64,000 nucleotides of DNA, taken from sequence record MK308676.1; one strand, written 5' to 3'. Under the pieces are notes generated by a model. That model saw only the letters and a program-made list of their open reading frames with translations. It was not told the origin of the DNA and ran no database searches. The stretch's first letter is position 1. Each line of letters opens with the position of its first letter. A program made the translations under genes and the position numbers. Positions 57,443 through 64,000 of this stretch are shown here, in pieces.

Positions 57443-59248
57443 TTAGCGGTACGTACCTGCGTACTGGTTGTGCGAGATTGGTTTACGGTAGTCGTTCTGA
57501 TATTGCGGAGCAGACTTACCGTAGCTAGGACCAGTGGTATTGTAGCCGTACGCTTGTTGCGATGGGTTACCATTACCTGGCTGGCCTGTGCTAGGACCGT
57601 AGTGCATTGCATGCGATGCGTTGCCGTGACCCTGATGTCCTGCTGGTTGACCATATGTCGAAGCATGGCCATAAGCTGGTTGGCTGTTCGCTTTAGCGGC
57701 TTGAGTGCGCTCACGACGTAGTTGGTCCACTTCACGTTGTGTTGTAGGGTCCAAGTGAGGAACGTCGCCATTGTACTCAATCTGTCCATCTAGGCCACGA
57801 GCAATAAGGAACAGTTGTTTAGGTAGGTCTTTCTCGAGTAGAACAATTGGCTTGCCCGAACTACGATAGCGCACTACTTCACCTAAGGCATCTTTAAGGT
57901 AGACTTCTTTCTCGCGGCCACCGATTACGATTTCTGAAGTATCACTTTCGCATTGAGGTTTTGAGCGCGCCCCAATAACCGGCATCAGGTTTTCCTGTTG
58001 TGGCTTTTTTGGCATCTCTTGAGCCTCCGCAGCTGCTTTACGGTATTCCGTAGGCGCAGGAGCGGATGCTGGTGTAGATGCTAGTTTAGTTGGTTGTTTA
58101 CGCATGCTCTGACCAAGCAGAGATGTTTTACGCATTGCGTTTGCTGTTTGTGACATGTTTTCTTCTACCGCGTTTAGTTGAGGTGTTTCTACAACAGGTG
58201 CCGCTACTTCCACTGGAGTATCAGCAACTGTCTCTACAGGTGCTGCAACTTCAGGCGCAGGCTTAGACTTAAGTTTGATTTCTACTGGCTTAGCTTTAGT
58301 CGCTTCAGCCGATGCTGCCGATAGGTCTTCAGACTTGCCAGAGGCAGCACCAACGTTACCTTCAAAAGGAACTTTGATTTGTTCTACCAAGTCATCTGCA
58401 TTATCAAGCAGTTCGGTCCAGTCAGTTGGAATACCTAAGTCTTTAACATACTTAGCTCCTAACTTCTTAAGAAGGCCGTTTAGCTGGTCGGCTGTAGACT
58501 TATAAGTCATCAGGAATGATTGGAAGTAAGGTGCAGTATGAGATACTGTGCCTTGCAAGTGAGCTTTAATACCTTGCTCTTCTGTTTGACCTAGAGCAAT
58601 CTCAAATGCTTTCATTACCGTTAGGTACTGAAGCTTAGAAGTTGCTTTAACGCCAAAGATGCGACGGTTCTTTTCGTCACGTTCTAGAACTGGCATAGAA
58701 AGTTCACACCAACGAATGCCGTTTACATCTTCGCGCTTACGGCGGCCCATGTTCAGACGAAGAACCGGACGCTCACCAGCGATAGAAGTGTGTGCACGGA
58801 ATACTTTCTCTGCGTACTCAAGTACTTTATCACGTTGCTTACTGTCTTTAACAGAAGGCATGTCGCCAATGACTTTCATTGCAGAGTTCTTAATCTTGCC
58901 CTGATTCTCATAATCAACAGACAAGTGAATTAGTGCTTCTGCGATACCTACTACCGTAGCGCAGATTTTAGCAGAGCCAAGAATGACCAGACGGTTCATT
59001 ACTTCTGATTGTCCAGCGAATGGAGACTCAGCGAATGGATGGAACTTGATGGTAGTACCGTCTTCTTCCAGGCGTAGAACTTCTTCAGTAGGAAGAACGA
59101 TTGGGAGGTTAGCTTTGTTGCCACCACGGCTAACTGGGATTGTTACTGGAATAACGTCGCTACCGTAGAAAGCTGCTAGATGGCCTTCTTCGTTAAGCTT
59201 CACGTCGAAAGATTCTAGTAGCGCTAAGTATAGGTCAGTAAGTTTCAT
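57443..59248 (-). CDS. Conserved protein downstream of PicA-like gene, with long disordered and prion-like C-terminus
   Basis: 601 aa; folded N-terminal half, then P/A/T-rich and Q/G/Y/S-rich regions. Confidence 0.65.
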   Translation of the reverse strand: MKLTDLYLALLESFDVKLNEEGHLAAFYGSDVIPVTIPVSRGGNKANLPIVLPTEEVLRLEEDGTTIKFHPFAESPFAGQSEVMNRLVILGSAKICATVVGIAEALIHLSVDYENQGKIKNSAMKVIGDMPSVKDSKQRDKVLEYAEKVFRAHTSIAGERPVLRLNMGRRKREDVNGIRWCELSMPVLERDEKNRRIFGVKATSKLQYLTVMKAFEIALGQTEEQGIKAHLQGTVSHTAPYFQSFLMTYKSTADQLNGLLKKLGAKYVKDLGIPTDWTELLDNADDLVEQIKVPFEGNVGAASGKSEDLSAASAEATKAKPVEIKLKSKPAPEVAAPVETVADTPVEVAAPVVETPQLNAVEENMSQTANAMRKTSLLGQSMRKQPTKLASTPASAPAPTEYRKAAAEAQEMPKKPQQENLMPVIGARSKPQCESDTSEIVIGGREKEVYLKDALGEVVRYRSSGKPIVLLEKDLPKQLFLIARGLDGQIEYNGDVPHLDPTTQREVDQLRRERTQAAKANSQPAYGHASTYGQPAGHQGHGNASHAMHYGPSTGQPGNGNPSQQAYGYNTTGPSYGKSAPQYQNDYRKPISHNQYAGTYR

Positions 59249-59301
59249 TTTTTAAATTCTCCGAAAAGGGAGCCCCTAGAGACTCCCTCTAGTTAGCTCG
59301 A

Positions 59302-60810
59302 TTAAAAGTTAGACATTGCCGTAGCCATGCCTGGGTCGACGGATTGCGAGAATACCGTATCCAGCATCATGCCTGTCTTATTGGCTGTGTCTAGTAGGTG
59401 GTTCTCGTCGACTGCGATGGTTGATGCAGTCAGACCATCAGCATAGTTAGGTGCTGTGTATACTTCAAGTGGGCGGCCATACAGACCAACTGTGATTGTG
59501 GAACGACCAAATAGGCTACAGTCCATTTGGATGTGGAAGTCAATGCCTGGCTCAGGGATTACTTCAGGGATTACTTCATGTACGATTGTTGCACATAGAC
59601 GGTCGTACAAATCAGTGTCGCGGATAGAATCGAAGATTGGGATTAGGTTCTCAATCGCAATATTAACGCCGCCGTCTGGAGTTGGCCCCCATGCAGTGAA
59701 TGAACACGATACCGTTAGTGCCGAAGTCATTACCGATGGTACTGCGTGACTCAGTGCGTGAGCAAGACGAGTCTCCTCGTTTGCACCGCCCCAACCATTC
59801 ACGTCATTAGCTCGTATCATTTGCGAGTTAGGTGGAAGACGTACACACTGGGTTACTTCGTCTAGGTATGGGAACATGCCCATAAGTTCACCCATAGTTA
59901 AGTAGCCGATTTCTGCGTAAGAAGTACGCTCCGCTAGACGACGGAAAACCGGTGACGTTTCTAGGTCAGCCTCACGTGCCACAGATGCAGCAGTGCCCAA
60001 CGTAAACAACTCATTGTGTTGGCCGTCAGTTTGACGATACGCATGAGAGTAACCAGTCAAGACTTTAGATACCCACTCAGACGACATCTCGTTCTTACGA
60101 GAAGATGCCATACCGTACTCACCATTACCAGAACGGATGGTTGTACGAGTATCATGCACTTGGCCAGGGTTGCTTACTTTACTCTTCTGTAGCGAGTATA
60201 GCGCATCTACCGGACGCATCGCTGTAGCTGATTCAGTTGTGCCAACTGTATAGCCGCCTAGCTCGATGTGCGTAGGGCGAAGAATCTGGTTGATGTTACG
60301 GCCCGTGTAAACAGACTGTGCACCGTAAGTACCTACTGTTTGGCGCTCTGAGACTTTCATATGAGAGTTCACTTGAAGCGTCATGTTGTAGTCCCAGTGC
60401 TGAGAGTTTGCACCGTTACCGATAGTGCGACCAGTATGGTCTGTGTAACCAGTGATTACTTCATCCATTGTCTGTGATGGGGTAGTCACACGGAACAATA
60501 GATAGAAAGCGAAACGGTGGGCATCCCATCCGTTATCAATAGCAATCTTACCTTGAGAAGAATGAGACTGCTGAACGATGTCACGTGCAACTTGGCGGAT
60601 GGCAGCTGCATTAATAGAAATGCCGTCTGCTGTAATGTCACGCAATTTGCGGAACGTGTTATCGTTGAACGTCATTACGTGTGGGCGGTAATGAACTGGG
60701 TTTTCTGCCGGTACTTCGATGAAGAACGCTTTCACCAAGTCTACTTGGATGTTCTGAGAAGCGTGCATGCCTTCAGCGATTGGGTTCAGTTGTTGGGCAT
60801 TGTAGTCCAT
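59302..60810 (-). CDS. Probable phage-nucleus protein import factor PicA/Imp1 (phiKZ gp69-like)
   Basis: 502 aa immediately downstream of the gp68 homolog; call rests mainly on synteny. Confidence 0.55.
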   Translation of the reverse strand: MDYNAQQLNPIAEGMHASQNIQVDLVKAFFIEVPAENPVHYRPHVMTFNDNTFRKLRDITADGISINAAAIRQVARDIVQQSHSSQGKIAIDNGWDAHRFAFYLLFRVTTPSQTMDEVITGYTDHTGRTIGNGANSQHWDYNMTLQVNSHMKVSERQTVGTYGAQSVYTGRNINQILRPTHIELGGYTVGTTESATAMRPVDALYSLQKSKVSNPGQVHDTRTTIRSGNGEYGMASSRKNEMSSEWVSKVLTGYSHAYRQTDGQHNELFTLGTAASVAREADLETSPVFRRLAERTSYAEIGYLTMGELMGMFPYLDEVTQCVRLPPNSQMIRANDVNGWGGANEETRLAHALSHAVPSVMTSALTVSCSFTAWGPTPDGGVNIAIENLIPIFDSIRDTDLYDRLCATIVHEVIPEVIPEPGIDFHIQMDCSLFGRSTITVGLYGRPLEVYTAPNYADGLTASTIAVDENHLLDTANKTGMMLDTVFSQSVDPGMATAMSNF

Positions 60811-60821
60811 GTTTAGTTTCC

Positions 60822-62306
60822 TTATAAGCTAGAGTTAATGAAAAGAGATGCCAGTGACTGGCGAATGTTAGACGCATCACCTAGACCTAACCATTCTGCT
60901 GAGTTGATTTCTTTAGCGATATCTTCAATAGCAATACGGCCTGGGCAAGTGTTGTTGCGAATGTGCGCTGGTTGCAAGTGTGGGTAACAATCCAACAATT
61001 GTTGTTCTACCTCTTTACTTAAACGACGAAGCTGTTGACCGTTTTGAGCTGACTGAGTCATCTCGTGAATATCAATCGGTTGCTTCACGGAAATTAATAG
61101 ACGATAAACGTCATCTAGTCCTTTATGTAGACAGACCATAGCCGCTAGGGCAATAGCCGTACAACGAGCTGGACGAGCTAGGTGTCGATGCATTGCTGGC
61201 GAGATAAGTTTGCGTAGAATCAATGCTGGTACAATTGTGTGAATCTTAGGGTTAGCAGTGAAACGCTCATTAGTTCGCAGCGCATTAGATAAAGAAATAA
61301 CATCTTCGACTGAATCGTCCGGCAGCCCGAGCTGCTGGACAAGGAGCGGAATGTTTTCCAGATAGTATTCAATCTCGATTACTACCATGTCGCTGACGTC
61401 TTGAGCGATACGCCATTGGTCAGCATACGAGTCAGATTCCTGTCCGTTGTTTTGTCCGGTAGGGAACTTGTCTCGATAAGGTCCGTTAGCTAGTTGCTGA
61501 ATCTTATCTTCTAAGAACTTGAACACAAATGCCACGATTGGCACTTTGTTGTTAGAACGTAGAGGAATGATTGTAAAGCGACGCGTTAACGTTAGGCCCA
61601 TGAAAAGAGAATCTAAGTCAGCCTTAGGAATACCGTGCATTGTAGCTACGTTCTTAAGTGGGCCATTTGCTTTAGATTCTGCCAGTGCAGTTAGGTAAAC
61701 ACGCAGGCGTTCGAAAGGTCTCATCTCAGCGAACTTAGAGTTCACGAAAATACGACTAGCGAAACGTTCTTTATGTGCTGTACCGACTTCTTCTTTGACT
61801 GAGTTAATATAAGGTCCCCAGATAGGCGTAATCAGTTTTACTAAGATACAGTAAACTGCCATCTCATGTGCGTCGTGTCGAACATAAGTTGTCTCATCTG
61901 GATTACGAGTACGGTTAACTTCGTCAATGCTTTTATCTGGATAGACTCGTCCCTCAGTAGATGCCCACTGGAAGACTGAGTCAAAGTCGAATACGTCTGC
62001 CATACGGCTTAGGATTCGAGTTAGTTCTTCTTCCTGAACTGACATGCGGATAACGCCGTGCAGAACATCGTGTGCTTCTTTGTAACATTGCCAGAGAATA
62101 TCTAGCTTTTCTTCGGGTAGAGTCGCTAACAGTTCATTCGTCGGACCGAATACTTCTTCAGTCGGAACTGTATTTAGCTTGCCCCAGACACTATAGCCCC
62201 AAGTCAACTCTTCGCCTTTGTACGATGTACCTAAGCGCTTAGCTGTCTTTAAGGTTGTTATCTTAAGGACCGGTTTGTTTCCAGACATTGGGTTTCTCCA
62301 TTTCAA
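60822..62306 (-). CDS. Non-virion RNAP promoter-specificity subunit (phiKZ gp68-like)
   Basis: LTW, ILWQCYKE, TYVRHD, ITPIWG, RRFTIIPL and YPH collinear with the recalled gp68 sequence; likely start MSGNK. Confidence 0.75.
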   Translation of the reverse strand: MKWRNPMSGNKPVLKITTLKTAKRLGTSYKGEELTWGYSVWGKLNTVPTEEVFGPTNELLATLPEEKLDILWQCYKEAHDVLHGVIRMSVQEEELTRILSRMADVFDFDSVFQWASTEGRVYPDKSIDEVNRTRNPDETTYVRHDAHEMAVYCILVKLITPIWGPYINSVKEEVGTAHKERFASRIFVNSKFAEMRPFERLRVYLTALAESKANGPLKNVATMHGIPKADLDSLFMGLTLTRRFTIIPLRSNNKVPIVAFVFKFLEDKIQQLANGPYRDKFPTGQNNGQESDSYADQWRIAQDVSDMVVIEIEYYLENIPLLVQQLGLPDDSVEDVISLSNALRTNERFTANPKIHTIVPALILRKLISPAMHRHLARPARCTAIALAAMVCLHKGLDDVYRLLISVKQPIDIHEMTQSAQNGQQLRRLSKEVEQQLLDCYPHLQPAHIRNNTCPGRIAIEDIAKEINSAEWLGLGDASNIRQSLASLFINSSL

Positions 62307-62327
62307 TTATGAGGTGGATGCCTATAG

Positions 62328-62341
62328 GTAATATAGGTGAC
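62328..62341 (-). promoter_or_regulatory. Early promoter motif GTCACCTATATTAC upstream of gp68-like gene
   Basis: Shares CCTATATTACCTATA with the copy at 23-37. Confidence 0.65.
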
Positions 62342-62439
62342 AGATTATTTTGAATAGTCTTCCACTCCAGACTATACGGGCCCTCCGTAAATTTGAGCAA
62401 TAAAGTTAGATGCAGGAACAAGCCCTGCATCTTTATTTA

Positions 62440-63123
62440 TTACCAGCCAGTACTAGAGCCTGAAACTTCAGATTCGCTTTGCGGTTTAGACGCATACTTA
62501 TCTTTGTTTCCGCCGTTACGTCCCTTAGGCTTAAAGTCAGGGTCGTAGTCGTGATAGAATACTTTCGAATATACATCCAGTACGCTATCTAAGAAGCCAC
62601 GAGCAATTAAGTCAGATTGGTGAGCGATGTGTGTGGTCGTCTCGTCATCGTTAACTACGTTGTGCCAGCTATCGTCTTTAAATAGGAACGGTAATACCGG
62701 ACGCTCTTTGTTTCGAATCTCGATAAACAAGTAACCTTCTGGGTTACGCCCATAGACAATGCGTGCCTGCTTGGCTCGCTTACCAGGGACCGTGTTTCCG
62801 TCTTCATCTTTAAGGACGGTCAACGTCTCTAGGATGCGCGTGGTAGGCTCATGCTTACCTACTAAGCTCAACAGGTCATAGAAGATAGAACGCAGTCGAG
62901 GATAACTCGTAGACGCTTTAATAGGCGTCTTATGTAAAGGTTTACCTGTAACCTTGTTTACCTTACCTTCTTCAGCTGGGTGCTCTGACCATACTACGAA
63001 CTGAGGATTACCAGCGTAGATGTCAAACTTCAGGGTAGGACCTTTCCAATCATCCGCAGTATATGGTTCACCGCGCAATACAAGTTTGTTGTGGTCCAGT
63101 GGGGTCTTTTTATATTCAGCCAT
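62440..63123 (-). CDS. Probable ChmC-like nucleus-associated RNA-binding protein
   Basis: 227 aa directly upstream of gp68; beta-rich core with basic/G/S disordered tail; synteny-based. Confidence 0.5.
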   Translation of the reverse strand: MAEYKKTPLDHNKLVLRGEPYTADDWKGPTLKFDIYAGNPQFVVWSEHPAEEGKVNKVTGKPLHKTPIKASTSYPRLRSIFYDLLSLVGKHEPTTRILETLTVLKDEDGNTVPGKRAKQARIVYGRNPEGYLFIEIRNKERPVLPFLFKDDSWHNVVNDDETTTHIAHQSDLIARGFLDSVLDVYSKVFYHDYDPDFKPKGRNGGNKDKYASKPQSESEVSGSSTGW

Positions 63124-63132
63124 TGTATTTTC

Positions 63133-63927
63133 CTACCATTGAGCCCGGGCCAGTTTAAGACAAAGTTCTCTGACATCTGCATCTACCAACTCACCTAGAT
63201 GCTCGCGCATTCGGGTTTGGGTAGTCGACGTATGCCACTTCTTCTCTAGTCCCAGGTCGATGACTCTGTTCTTCGCTTTCTGACTAGGGCACTTAAAGTG
63301 GTTAGACCCATCGCCGAAGAGCTGTAGTGTGAAGAGGTTAAACGGGAAGTGTTGTAAATCTTCTCGTTTGTTTAATTTACTAAACCATTTGGCCTGAGGT
63401 TTTATTTTGCCTGTGTGGCTTTCCAGTAACTCTAGTTTAGAGAACTTGAATCGGTTAAGTAAATCAAACGGAAACGACGTTATCATCCACGCAGTAGTCC
63501 CTACCGACGGCAGTTCTATATCTGACGTAATGAGCTTGTCGCCTAGCTGTTTAAAGACCACTTCCATCATTATCCGCTCTGCTGTTTCATATGCCTTAGC
63601 GTTCTCTGATTTGGCTTCGACTAGTGCAGCGTGAGGGTAGCGATTAGGTAGTGAGCGATAGGACAAATGGTAGAACTTAGGCGCGATGCCTTGGTTCGTA
63701 CATAGTCCCTCTATGTTCTCCAACTCTTCGAGGAAGTCTTTGAACATATGGACCACCGGAGGGCGGTCCGCGTTTTTCCAGCTGCCCCAGAAGTTTCGGA
63801 ATAACGTACGCACGTTCATCCAAAGGTCCTGGGGTTTGGGTCCGTCTCCAACAATGTGCATCTCGAAAGGTTGCGCTGTTGGTACTGAGAGCGGTAGCTG
63901 GTCGCCCAAGGAGCGCTTAACTATCAT
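63133..63927 (-). CDS. Conserved protein, possibly PIN/FEN-like nuclease fold
   Basis: 264 aa; DLWMN, ITSFPFDLL and LFGDG loosely resemble FEN motifs. Confidence 0.4.
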   Translation of the reverse strand: MIVKRSLGDQLPLSVPTAQPFEMHIVGDGPKPQDLWMNVRTLFRNFWGSWKNADRPPVVHMFKDFLEELENIEGLCTNQGIAPKFYHLSYRSLPNRYPHAALVEAKSENAKAYETAERIMMEVVFKQLGDKLITSDIELPSVGTTAWMITSFPFDLLNRFKFSKLELLESHTGKIKPQAKWFSKLNKREDLQHFPFNLFTLQLFGDGSNHFKCPSQKAKNRVIDLGLEKKWHTSTTQTRMREHLGELVDADVRELCLKLARAQW

Positions 63928-64000
63928 TATGCTGCCTCCAAGATTTCGTCAAGATAGACTAGGGTTACTTCAATCTCTTCTTCCGATATCCCTTGCATTC

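Noticed and set aside
1-64000. CRISPR arrays, tRNA/rRNA genes, transposases
   Set aside because: No repeat-spacer periodicity, cloverleaf or transposase motifs seen by eye; a tRNAscan or Infernal run would be needed to exclude small RNAs

Overview
This window is a 64-kb core segment of a phiKZ-like jumbo myophage (Chimalliviridae-like). No bacterial chromosomal context, rRNA, tRNA or CRISPR array is visible. From left to right it encodes portal, baseplate/structural genes, a RuvC-like resolvase, non-virion RNA polymerase (nvRNAP) beta N-terminal subunit, major capsid protein, DnaB-like helicase, glutaredoxin, a long virion/inner-head operon, the exonuclease-containing half of a split family B DNA polymerase, spanins, a virion RNAP beta' subunit, a ClpP pair, a free-standing HNH-like nuclease, an SF2 helicase, nvRNAP beta'/beta C-terminal subunits, and a gp68 homolog flanked by probable PicA/Imp1 and ChmC homologs. 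The gp68 call rests on recalled sequence similarity; PicA and ChmC calls rest mainly on synteny; all phiKZ gp numbers are from memory and need HMM confirmation. The most unusual observations are: (1) a predicted head-packaged protein ending in an intact PTS EIIB domain; (2) an active ClpP next to a degenerate ClpP paralog; (3) a ~50-aa module shared by two distant, largely disordered proteins; (4) an HExxH/ExxAD membrane-metalloprotease-like head protein; (5) a candidate +1 frameshift at an A6 run; (6) identical 29-bp hairpins bracketing the EIIB-to-polymerase segment.
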